DNA from: Lenisia limosa
Lineage: Eukaryota > Protista > Breviatea
Direction of reading: 5' to 3'
Assembly (NCBI GenBank): GCA_001655205.1
Contig: LPNZ01011617.1
Location: forward strand, 1-63,962
Length of the DNA: 63,962 nucleotides
Made by a program: the position numbers and the translations under genes. The notes below the pieces were generated by a model, which had not been told where the DNA came from, did no database searches, and was given only the letters and a program-made list of their open reading frames with translations. Below, piece after piece: positions 48,772-60,709 of the stretch (its first letter is position 1; the number at the start of each line of letters is the position of its first letter).

Positions 48772-51585
48772 TTATTGCTCAAACACACAGCGATCCTCAT
48801 CGAACGTTCCTGAGCTATCACAGTTCTTGGAGGAGGGTGCCTAAGAGGTGAGGGGAAATATCTCAGATGAGGTAGCTCTGCAATTTCAAGCTAACCTTCT
48901 TGGTGTTGCTGACAAAAATAGAGCTGGTATCATCATTGTCGCAAAACCAGGCACTGAATTGGTTAGTGCAAAAGAGGTGGAATAGGTTGTGGATACCCAA
49001 TTGGACACTCGAAAGTTCCAGACTTGATGGTAACTGTCGACCCTTGGTTGAGACTTAAACCGAAGCGCGAAGATGAACTCTGTCAGTTATCACGATATCA
49101 AAACGTGCTTGAATTTTCAAGGAGAACTTCTTTCATATTTCAAATATTGTTCTTATTTCAACTTAAATATCATATTTGGAAGTGGTCAAAGAGTAAGGAA
49201 ACCACAAGGGTGGGATCAATCAAATAGTCAGGACCCAACAAATCGGGCATCATCAAGAGTCACTCTGGACTGGACAGCAGTGATGCCACTTTCTTCGCCG
49301 CAATTCACGTCTACCATTCCAAGTGAATTCATGTTAGATCTGAGCGGTCAATGGAACAATTCATGTTGGATCTGAGCGGTCAATGGAACAATTCATGTTG
49401 GATATGAGCGGTCAATAGAAAAATTTATGTTGGATATGAGCGGTCAATGGAACAATTCATGTTGGATCTGAGCGGTCAATGGGAAAATTCATGTTGGTCT
49501 GAGCGGTCAATGGAACAATGCTGACATCATGATATTCAACCACCTTACTTTGTCATTGTAATACAGCTGTTCTGAAGTCGAGAACTACTGAAAAATATGG
49601 TCGAATCCTAATGCGTAAACGCAAAATACATAAAAAATATCAATAGAAAATGTCAAAATGTCATTGAAGTATCCTCGATGGTATGCCTCATGAAAACAAA
49701 CATGAACTATACTCCCTTTTTTACATATGCACAGCCGGTCAAACAACCTCAATGACAAGATATCCTGATGTGGAGTCTTCAGAAGTGAAAACCGCATTGG
49801 AAATGTCCAATTTACTGGACGAGTGTGCTCTGAATTGTCAAATGTGGGGCTTTCCGGTTCCATGAGATACATTAGATAATAAATTGCCCAGCTGAACATA
49901 CTTCAATAAATTCATGTTTTCGAAAACTGATGCATAAAGAGTTACAGAAGAATGGGATGCAGTCACAGGTACGTTCTTGGTTGGGGTATTCGACTACATA
50001 ATGAGCACCATGGTTTTGAATGTAACTTTAGCTTACAAGATAGAGTTTAGAATCACTGACAATTATGCTGTCCTCAAACGACTTCTCACTCTTGATCTGA
50101 GAAGTAATTTGAAGAAGAATAAAAAAGACATTACTGCTATTTGAAATAATCCCCGGGTACCTCCGACATCATCACTTGCAGGTTGGACCGTGAAGTCACA
50201 TTAGCAAATTTTTGGGACTGAATAGAGGCATTCTAGGGTGTCATTAAATTGTTTCTCAAATTCACCAAGAAATTGACTGCTGCCTTCTTGCTGTTCAGAA
50301 GACATGTCACCTTTCGAGACTACAGTTATATTATTGAGAAAAATTTAGTGTAGCTCAGCAAAGAAGAATTACCTCCTTACATCAATAGAAGCACCAACAA
50401 TGTTTAAAGTGGTATCCTCAACATTCAACCCAACTTCTCCTATAACTATTAAAAGATGGTTTGTTGATTGGTGTAATAGCACAATTAGAGCTTCACTTCC
50501 GTTACAAATAAAACCAGAAATCTCCAAAAACCCTCGATAAATCGCCTTGTCGGAAAAATTTGAGGTAGTCACAAGGTGTTCAAAATTGTTCAAACAATAT
50601 GCCCAGTGGGAAAGAGATATAAAGCGTTCAAAAAGGATCAATATCGGACCATAATACAACCAGCAGATCTTAAAAGCTTCCTTCGAAAAGGCAGATCAAA
50701 GTTATTTCGGGGAAAATAGTTGTAATGGAACTGAAGTGTGGAGAAATATGTACATATTATAATAGGTGTTTACAGGCTATTCTTTTGCTTGAGACCTGAC
50801 TAGCCCATCGTTTTACCACCAAGAGCCTTATTGAAATGGCAGATGTTAGCTAATATGTTTTCGATCTGGGCGTTTAAGATGAAATATTTGTTTGCACAAT
50901 GCAATTTGAAAATTTTGGTGTTTTGTTGTAAATCCTATAATCAGCACAGCTGTGGAAAAGTCCCCTCGCCCTCCACCTGCAGTGAATTCAATGTGGGCAG
51001 CCCCTCTGAAAGCGATGTCTTTGCCAACTATTGGCTGAGATTCTGGGTTTGCCCTTGATGGTAAGTGATGAAAACAATAGTATCAAAAAGAGGAGGTAAA
51101 TAAACTTCTTTATACCCTCCACCAACACGATATGGCTGTTTGCTTCCAAAGTCACAATAACCTGGACTAAGTAACTTCAAGAAATGGCTTTCAAAGAGTG
51201 AATAACTCGAAAAACAAAAAACACCGATATGAAAACGTTATTCCTGACAAAAGTGAAACCCTGTCAGTTCTCGGTAAAATCGGTACAAACCGTTCACACA
51301 GGAGCAAGAAAATAGTTAGCGGTTCAGCACGCACCTTATCCCAATCATTATGGGTCCTGACCTCGCCCAGGACAGAGTTGAAAGTAGCGTTGCCACTGGG
51401 AAGGTTCTGCGTGAGGAAGTAAAAGAGAGAGGGCCAGCATTATATCTCTTTCGTTTTGTTCAGGGTATTGGAGAAGAAACGGAAACAGAAACACTTACAA
51501 AGTATATGATGGTTGGGTCTGAACGGGCTGACACGATGCAACTTTGCAATAATCCAAGGACAATATATAATGAAAGTAACCTCAT
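48772..51585 (-). CDS. Secreted hypothetical protein (Ser/Thr/Asn-rich, probably beta-rich), multi-exon
   Basis: MRLLSLYIVLGLLQSCIVSARSDPTIIYF|NLPSGNATFNSVLGEVRTHNDWDK...KLDISNAVFTSEDSTSGYLVIE...FGLSLNQGSTVTIKSGTFECPIGAWFCDNDDTSSIFVSNTKK|APSSKNCDSSGTFDEDRCVFEQ*; some internal phases unresolved. Confidence 0.6.
49328..49518. repeat. Intronic minisatellite, 32-bp unit x6
   Basis: TTCATGTTGGATCTGAGCGGTCAATGGAACAA head-to-tail with no spacers. Confidence 0.92.
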
Positions 51586-51879
51586 TATGGCTGATGCTTG
51601 GATACTTGCTGATAAATATTAACAAGAGACGCAAATGTGAGAGACGCACGGACTATATACTGTATATCATATACGGACGGATTTCAAAGGTTCACACCGA
51701 GTCCGAGCCGAGCACCTAGCCTCCATCCCTCTCCATTTTTTCGGCATACGTCTGTAATTCTGATCATTCTTTCATTGCAAAATCACTGACTGACAACCTG
51801 ACAAATGACAAGGGTAGTTTTGCAAAAGTTGGATGCGAAGCGCTGGTGTTTAACATCCACATTTCTTTTCTTTCATCAA

Positions 51880-54800
51880 TATCGAAACGTGAAACAAAGG
51901 AAAACCATAGCTACTTTACACCTTGGCAACCTGTGAAGAGTGAGCAACCACAAAGAAAGTTCAATAACAGATAATAAAGTAGAAGAATACTAAACCCAGT
52001 CTAAATATAACTAATAGGACGAGACCTGAAGAAAGCCCGCCCACGGCAGCCTCGGGGTCCTGTTGAGGGAGCCACTTAGGCATTTCCACGCCTTGTCCCT
52101 GCAACATGTCCATCATTGGGGGGAGAGAAGCGGCAAGGCCACGAATAGGTGCCATGGGATCAGTTTTGCCAGGCTCTGTGGAGATCAAATATTATCCAAA
52201 AACAAGATATCAACCGAACAAAGATCACCATCGTACCTCCACCAGTGTTCCAAATAGTGACACGAGGGTTAAGGCCCTTAATTGCTTCAGCAGAATACTT
52301 TGCGAGGGTAGGATAGAGGTTGGCCTTCTACACCGCGTCAGCAATGAAATGGAAAGCCCAAAGCAAAGCAACTTAGAGCTCACCAGTCCAAGAGAGAACT
52401 GTGCAAGCTGTGGGTTGTTCTTTGAAGCAGCCATGATAGCCTCTAGTCCGGCAGCCTGGGCCTCCAGCTCAGTGCGGTTCGCCTCGGCAATTCGCTAAAA
52501 GGTAAGACAACGAATGGGGATCAGGATATCAAGAAGCGCAGTTGTCCCACAGAGAGTCTGTAAAGCTCGGCTTCGGCCTCGAGTTTCTTGGCACCGGCAT
52601 TACCTTCAGCAAGTTTGATTTCAGCCTTGGCCTTACCTAATACGTTAACTAAATAGGGACAAGATTGTTCATATTAGCAGCCTTGTGGTCCCAAAGAAAG
52701 ATTCTTCATATTAGCAGCCTTGTGGTCCGAAAGAAAGCTTGTTCATATTAGCAGCCTTGTTGTCCGAAAGGAAGATTGAGTTTCTCGATAAATCCTCGAA
52801 AAGTTTTCATGTTTTTTTGTTTTTGTTTTTTTTTAAAGTGAGGCCCTAACTGCTACAGCCTCTCACCATCAGCTTCGGTAACGTCAACTTCTGCCTGAAC
52901 ACGGGCGCGTGACATGAGGTTGGCACGTGCCTTCTCGATCTCAGCCTGTTGCCTCTTCTGCTCAAGCTGAACGTCCAATTCTGCCTTGCGAATCTAAAGT
53001 GTGACAAATACTGGCCCCTATCTTTGTATATCCTTTCAATACCCCCCCCCCCACCATGGCGGCAGTTTTCCCTTCAATATCGGCAACATCGGACTTTTTC
53101 TTATAGTCGGCACGGGCAACGGACAGCTCCATGTTGGACTCGGAAACCTAGTGTATGAGAATGAATGTGCAACCAGCATTTCATTGTTTTCTATCATTGT
53201 CGATTTTATTATCTTTCTATTATATCATGATGAATAAATCCTTCCACAAGAACTAGCCAACCTTGATTTTACGTTCGTTCTCACTGGCAACAGCGTCAGC
53301 TTCAATACGAGCGACCTCCTTCCGAGCCTGTGCTACACAAATATCATTTTATACTTGATGACTATACTCGAGAAAATGCTGAGAAGTTCAATCGATACTT
53401 GAGAAAGCGTAGAAGAGAAAAAGAAGACTACCTTGTTTTTCCTTTTCTCCGATATCACCACGACGGCGGGCCTCAGCAACCTGGGGGTAAGTGGCACCAA
53501 AGAAGAAGGGAACAGAAAATAAAGAGAATCGCCTACTTCGACACGCGAGTCATTGACAGCACCCTCGAGAGCCTTCATGCGGCGGTACTCTGCAATGTCA
53601 GGGGGAGGGGAGAGCAAAATTGGAAAATCTATGAAACAAAAAAAAAGCCCAAAATTAATGAAAATAGAGGTATAATACGACGAGGAAGGGGGGGAGTAAA
53701 ATCATTTCTATCAGTTTAACTTTTTGAAAAAACGACAAGAAGGTTTGAAAAAAGAGAGCCGTAATGGAGGAGGTGATGGGAGGGAGATCTTTATTGGTTC
53801 CATAATCTTTAAATTCCAACTCACTGAAATATTCAGATCCTTGCATATCAGACATTTCTTCGATGTTTGCGTTGAAAATGACCAATCCAAAAAGATCGAG
53901 ATCAGCCTAGAGATGTATGACAAGAAGAACGGTGTGATATGATGTTATTTGAGACATTAGACAGAAGGAGAATGCCAACCTGGATTCTGGTGTTGACATT
54001 CTTACGGAACTTGTCCTTGTCACTGAAGATCTCCACTAGACGGTTGAGAAGAAGAGATAGCTTGTGTACAAGGCATAGAGGCTTACTGATAGTGAGAGAC
54101 GCACAGAGAACACGGAATTCACCCTGGATAACACCAAGAACAGTGTTCTAAACATATAAGACCAGCCATCTGAAGAGCAAGGATTCGAGCTGTAAAGGAA
54201 ACCCAAAAACCTGAACTTCTTCGGGTTGCATTTTAGACATCATAAGGGCATAGTTCTTGAAAGCCTAAAGTTTAAGACACAGCAGATGTCTTTTTTCAAA
54301 TGAAACCCGAACCTTATTCTCAATTATCTGGCTAGACTACTTAAGTCTTACCTCGGGTCTCTTGGGGTCGGGCTTGCATGGGCCTATAAAGTCATAACAG
54401 CATCCGAGGACAAGACAATGCGAGTGTCAGTTCACCATCATACCAATAGTAAAGGACACGGGAAGCTCGAACTCAACCATCTCCTTTGACATATTCACCA
54501 GTTGGAAACTGTAGTTGTGGGGCTGAAGGATGGTCATTTCAATTATGGAGTGGCAAAGATGTCGGCAAAGATGTCGGTTAACAAAGTTTCAAAAAAGCTT
54601 ACTTTCATATCCACGTAAGAAACCTTTTGGAAAGGCATACGAAAACCTGGGGAAATTATTTCAAAGAAGAGAGCAGGATCACAAACCTTTCTTAGCAATA
54701 CTCATATCCTTTATCATTAGACCCGTGAAAACAGCATATTGGGACGGAGCGCAGACCTATAAGATGAAATATATCATTAAAAAACTCCGAACTAACAATG

Positions 54801-54880
54801 TATCTGCTGAAAAGGTAGAGAACTATAAGCAGCACTACCACTGCTACAATGATATACACCCAGAAATCTGCCATTTTCAA
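51880..54880 (-). CDS. FLOT: Flotillin-like SPFH/band-7 protein (plant/fungal-type motifs) with N-terminal hydrophobic segment
   Basis: MADFWVYIIVAVVVLLIVLYLFSRY; QPHNYSFQLVNMSKEMVEFELPVSFTIGP; GVIQGEFRVLCASLT.VEIFSDKDKF; MVIFNANIEEMSDMQGSEYF; Ala/Glu coiled coil (EAEALQ...RIAEANRTELEA); APIRGLAASLPPMMDML. Last exon uncertain. Confidence 0.85.
52667..52777. repeat. Intronic minisatellite, 37-bp unit x3
   Basis: GTTCATATTAGCAGCCTTGTGGTCCGAAAGAAAGATT-like unit in tandem. Confidence 0.88.
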
Positions 54881-55277
54881 GATTCGGGGAAACGTCCCTC
54901 AACTTTTTGAATTCTAATCTACTTGCTTTTCTTTTGTTCTCAATATCTCTATCAGCTTTCACGTGAAACTTTGAGACTGCTTTGAGACATTTTTCAGAAT
55001 TGATAACCATTGATCATCAAGATCACGTAACTACAATCCTCAGCCCTCCCAGCCTCAAAAAAGTAGTTTAAATTAATACACTAGATTACATTGTTGATAA
55101 GTAACTTTATTTTGATATATAATACCAAATCAATTGCTTTAATTCTAGGTAAGCAGGGACTCTGCTTCTAAACTTCTTCTTATCGCTACGATTGCAATAT
55201 TTTTATTGATTGTGGTGATTGTTGAATTTATTGGCTTCTCCCTGTGTATGCTTTATTCACAGTGTCACTGTTTTAGC

Positions 55278-58200
55278 ATGGCTGACTCAGTTCCATTAGA
55301 AGCGGTTGATGATGAAATTACCAATGATTTTGTTGGAAACTTTGATGGACTGGCTATTGGTTTGTGTTCTGGTACCCGTTTTTCTAATGTCATTTAGGCA
55401 GGGTAGGCACGTATACTGAAGCAGCTTACACGAAGAAAGATGAGGGTTACGAATGGTTCGACGTGCTGGATGATATGTTCGAACACCACAGACGTGAGGA
55501 TGGATGTCAAGGTCTTTTGTAAGGAAAGATGTTTATATATTATATCATNNNNNNNNNNNNNNNNNNNNNNNNNNNNNNNNNNNNNNNNNNNNNNNNNNNN
55601 NNNNNNNNNNNNNNNNNNNNNNNNNNNNNNNNNNNATGTATATATTATATACTATGTAATATGTACTAAATATCAGAAAGTACAGTGTATATAATATGTG
55701 ATATGTAATATATTCCCTCATATAAGATATGTTGAATGTTTTTCAGAAAAAGAACAATACAAGAAATACGTTCTGTACAGAGAAGATTGAAATAACTAAA
55801 CAAAAAGCTATATTGTTTATATCCTATTCAGGGAAGATCATGTATATTTACTTGATTTCTATTTAACAGTGTAGAAATGGCTGAGGGGGAGGTTTTCCAA
55901 TCTGAGAAGATGAAGTCTGAAGATGGTCTCAATGCTATCCTGGTTGGTTGCCACAGTTTCTAAATTTGAGAGTTTTGAATGAAATGTCCCTTATTTCTAG
56001 ATGGGAGACTCCAAGATGGACTTTGGTGCTTTGACAATAGATTATCCTTGTATTGAGGACTTAATCGAAAACTCTCATCCAGACACTAATGTTTGAGGGG
56101 TGCTTTCTTAACTTTTCAATCAAGAGGGGTTCATGGACTGGATACTAGCTGGATGGAAGGGGTTCATGGATTTTACTTTACAGGAGGCTTTGACATGGCC
56201 AAATACTAAGATGATTTCCCCAGCCCCCGCCTCAACTTTTGACAACATTCTGCCCATCCCAATAAGAGGTAACTCGCGCAATCTATTGTTTTTAACAAGT
56301 TTTTTTATAGTTAACATTGCAGATATCCCCCCTGCGTGTAGGCAGCACCCGACGTCGGAAGCGTTCCTCAATCTTGCTCCTAATGAGGTGGAAATGGCTG
56401 CCATTTTCGATCGTCTTATTGCTGCCATGGTTGGGGGGGTGCTCCAGTCAGTATTTCCAGCCTTCTTTCACTGTGGTACAAAACAGTGATTGAAGCATAC
56501 CTGCTTTGCTTTTTGTGCCCAGATAGATTTCATTACCTAACCTCTGCAGGTACGCTGGAGCGATGGGATGCGGTGCTGCAGAAGCCACTAGCCTGGCTTT
56601 GTTTGTTTTGCTGTTATCAACCCTCGTGTGCTGTCAGCCTACAGAGTTTTTTTTCTCATAAATTTTCCAANNNNNNNNNNNNNNNNNNNNNNNNNNNNNN
56701 NNNNNNNNNNNNNNNNNNNNNNNNNNNNNNNNNNNNNNNNNNNNNNNNNNNNNNNNNNNNNNNNNNNNNNNNCCGATTTTACACAATTTACAACTTCCTC
56801 CCAGCCCACTTCTTTGCATCTCCGGAACTCTGTGAAGATTACAACGTGCCATTCCGAGGTACTTCTCTGGCATGTACATATTATTATTTTGGGAATTGTA
56901 TGAACCAATAGGATCCTCTGACACATCTTCTTCCGTGCCATCCTCCGAATGCCGAATCGCATGCACGTGTCGGGTAAAATGCCCGGGCCTCTGTAGACGC
57001 ACTCGTCTATTGCAGAATGTCAGTTTGTTGTTCGTCCGCTTAGCCTCTACGACCGTCAACCTCATCATTGACGCAGCAATTTGTGAAGTATGTGGCAAGC
57101 TCAATCCTGCTTCTTTGTAATTCTGACACTGCAGGAGGAAGATTTTCAGAGCTGCAATGGAGGACTTGGAGATGCTAGCCATTTGACGAGAGCCATGGTT
57201 TGCTTCTCACGATGTGCAATTGGATACAGTGCCAATTTTCAAACTTGATGTTTCTTGCCTTTAAAGTTTCTGAGGGTTTACTATTAAGGCTGAGAGCCTC
57301 TTCAAAGAAGCTGAAGAACTTTCGGCTGATTCTGGTGACGGGGGTGATAGAACGCTCTCCCAAGTTGTTTTAACTTTTTAGCGCAAATCACATCCCGACT
57401 GACTCTCTTCAAAGCCCTTTTCAACATAATTGACAACAGTGTATCTTTTATCCCTACTGTAGGATGGGGGCATTATCACAAGGACAGTTCTCGTCGACTC
57501 TTTTGGCTCATATTCTCTTTTAGGCTGAAGCTTTCAATATGATCTTTGCTGACATTGCTGTGGCGCAACCCTTGATATTCTCCATCCTTTCCTCACGTTC
57601 CACTCGCCCTTGTCCTTGCACGTGTGTTTGGTTCTCAAATTTGGATATATTACTACTAATAGCACTGATCATCAGTTGTGTTCCTGTCTTTAGCCATTCT
57701 GACTCCCTCCCCACAGATCTACAGATTCATGTTCATGCGCTGCACACTGCAAAAGTTGTCCACCACCCCGCATTGCTCACAAAAAGAAAAAGAAGGGTGC
57801 TAAGGTGGGATGTTAGTCTTCATCCTTATGGGAGAATTGTTTTCCGTTTTTCAGTGCTCTATTTTCCCCATTGTACCATCTCTTATTTTCATTCCTTACC
57901 TTTCCTTCCTCTTTTTTCTTTTTCATTCCTCAGGTCACAGCCATATCAGTTGCAGCAATTGAAACAAATCGTGGATGGGATTTTGGAGATGGTTGGCTTG
58001 ACCATGGTCCTGCAGGCTGTTGGAACAAGGTCCAAGTTGCTGGTATGACGGGAAGTGGATTGACCGTTATGAACTTCAGACTCACATATTAGGAAACAAT
58101 ATGATGCTCACTCCTCGGCGATGCCTCTTTCCAAACATAGAGCAGGTTGGTGGTTCAACAGTTGCCACTCGCCCAAAGAAGTTACTAACAAAACTTAACC

Positions 58201-60419
58201 AGGCGTTTGCGGCGTTGAAGAGTTTCCTTGGTGACATCAAAGACAGTCTTTCCGCATGTCTCTCCATCAACTCAACTTTCACGTGAGAACCGTTTTTACC
58301 ACCCTCCTCCCATTTTTATCAGTCCTTATTGTTTCAGTTTACTGGAGAAAATGGATGCAATTGGCAGACGACCAAACATTTGTATCGTTGCGAAGAGCAT
58401 TGTTGCTGTACGGATCTGTTTTAATTTGCTGATTGACTATGTAGCGTCTCACTCTCCAAGAAGCTCTTTTAGGAAGGGTTCATTCGTCAGAGATTATTTT
58501 CCAAGATCTTTGTGTTGGTTATTCTGCTCCTCTCCTAATCCCTCCTCCAGCACTATTTCTCAGCTCCTCCAGACACACGGGAGAAGGAGGGTATTCCTGA
58601 GTTTCTGATGCATATTGCAGAGGTTGGGACTCCTTGCAATAGATTAATACTAATTGATGATAATTAAATTTTGTAAAAAAAAAAGCTCAATTGTTAAACT
58701 GAAGAGGTAATCATTTAAAGAATGAATATTATTGCATAAAATTAGGAGCAGTTTTAATAATTGCCGCGGCAATTAATTAAAATGAGCTCTTGTTTTTCTT
58801 CTGCCAAGTCTTCTACTTCTCTTTTACTTGCCTCACCGCCAAGCTTGTTGAATGGCTGGCCAAGGCACGCTTGGTCAACCCGGGCCGACTTCGACCGATT
58901 TCCTCGTGTGTCCTCCCCAACCTCAATGATATATACCAAAAAGTGTGTGATGTTGAGCTTCTCCAAGTATTCATTTTTATTTAATCATCAGAGCAAAACT
59001 ATTGACGAAAGGTTTGGTCTCGAATCGCGGCCGTTCGCAACTTTTTCAGCCTGGTTGTGTGCTGACACCTCGGAGGTATTTGTCCGTTCCGCCCTGCCTG
59101 CTGGTATCTTGGCTCCCTGGGAGATTCCTTATCATGCCTGGTTTGTTGGCTTGGTTCTTATATGTTATGACGGTTGGCATATAGATTCTATCATGCGATG
59201 CCTGAATAGCAAACTGTCCTATGAAGTGACTGCTAGGTGACTGCTGGATTGACGTACTGACAGCGCAGGTACTTGGAGCACATTAGTGGCTTTAAAGCCC
59301 AGGTGTTCAACAGCCTTCAAGATGGATGCTCCGACCGCTTCCTACCCATGTTACCGGATGTTTCAACAGGTTTGGTCAGCGTAAGGTCTGACACTTCAGA
59401 TGTGACCCCTCTTCCTGCTGGATTGCTGATCCCCATTAATCAGCTTTTGTCCCAAGGCTTTTGTAGAGTATGAGGAGGAGTGATAGTATCACAATTTGCA
59501 AACTAGAACTTTCATGTTTTATTCTTTTTAGTTCAGTATTGCCATGGAAGTTGGCAACTGGATCACCACACCCTCATTCAAGGTATTTTACACTGGTTCA
59601 ACATCCTCTTCGATTTATTGATCTAATACTTGATTGGGTTTTTTTTGGTTCATAAATTTTCCATTTTATCCACTTCCCTCAGGTCAACACATGGGATAAG
59701 GCCTTTTTCCTGCGCTTCCGCCATCTTTATCAAATCGAAACACCGCCCCCAGTCGGTAAGCTTCCTCATACATTGTTAACTAGGACTCTGTGCAATGAAT
59801 TGAGGGAAAAAAAAAANNNNNNNNNNNNNNNNNNNNNNNNNNNNNNNNNNNNATTTACCATATCCAGAGTTCAGCCGAGTTCGTCAGTCAGTTAACTGGT
59901 CAAAACTCAGTGTAAGTATCTTGCTGGTTTCTGACTTATGTCCATGTAGTATTATATCATTTCGATTAATAACTCTAGACGATGAGCATGATGAAATATG
60001 CGTTTGATTCCTTCAGTAAAGCTCAAGATGTAAGCTATGTGCTGATGATCCTAATTCTCAGGCATGTGACGATCCTCTAAAGAGATGCTCGTGCCCTTTG
60101 ATCAAAACTCAGATCAGTCAAGCTTCAAGGGTTGGGAGGGGTGGACCTATTTCAGCACAAGAAAAAGTAGTTACATAGTGACATTTCAGGTTGCCAAGGC
60201 AATGAGCCAACATATTGTTCTTCTCACGTCTCAAATATCACGCCACCCTCTTTCTGATGTTTTCTCCGCCCCTCGACCAAGACCTGCCCTCGAGGTTTGT
60301 TATGGTGTTGACGGCTTTGGTCTGAACGGTGTTGACGGCCTCAGACTGAGTCCAAAGATCCACGAGAGCTGAACCCTCCAAACCCTTTCCCAGCTATGCC
60401 CAAGCCTGAAATCACGTAG
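55278..60419 (+). CDS. NAA35: NatC auxiliary subunit (NAA35/Mak10-like), multi-exon
   Basis: WFDV...EMAEGE...GLNAILMGDSKMDFGA (cf. AMSAIEMMDPKMDAG); AAIFDRLIAAM; IIDAAICE|EEDFQS (cf. AAVFEEEDFQS); SRLTLFKALF; PGCVLT; VNPGRLR; QLLSQGF; FFLRFRHLYQIETPPPV (cf. RFAPFNSVMTPPPV). Reference motifs are from recall. Confidence 0.8.
58745..58790. other. Imperfect palindrome / hairpin in an NAA35 intron
   Basis: TTTTAATAATTGCCGCGGCAATTAATTAAAA, with a perfect 16-bp core AATTGCCGCGGCAATT. Confidence 0.7.
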
Positions 60420-60709
60420 GCCTAGTGGTGGATGTGAAAACAACAGAACTGTTTTAATAGTTTTAGATTTGAAATTAGTCCGATTTGGCCCGTTATTACT
60501 CTCAAACTTCCGAAGGACTAATTGTTATGTTCTTTTCTGTTACTTACGCTGTGTCGAGCGACACCCTTCGGTTGGAGTGTAGTTCTTGGTATTTTGAAAG
60601 ATCATTTCAATTACACGTACAGAGCAAACACTTTATTCAGGTGCAGATCATCTTCATCATTGATCATGTCTGCAAGTTAACATACCAATAAATAGACCAG
60701 CCCGAGCTG

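Larger units (their letters stand above)
6702..59852. other. Multiple assembly gaps (N runs)
   Basis: For example 6702-6803, 25005-25014, 25780-26075, 28123-28255, 30023-30141, 31450-31593, 39411-39455, 40120-40183, 40899-41129, 41427-41436, 55549-55635, 56671-56772, 59817-59852. Several abut G/C homopolymers or tandem repeats. Confidence 0.95.

Noticed and set aside
49328-49518. 32-bp repeats as a CRISPR array
   Set aside because: Units are head-to-tail with no unique spacers, there are no cas genes, and the context is a eukaryotic intron.
48400-50700. Degenerate hAT or other transposase
   Set aside because: Resolves into canonical exons of a - strand secreted protein; no DDE motifs or TIRs.
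56880-57480. A separate - strand LRR-like gene (HLQVLHCSSENLP...)
   Set aside because: The + strand over the same bases carries NAA35 motifs (AAICE|EEDFQS, SRLTLFKALF), so the - strand reading is a shadow.
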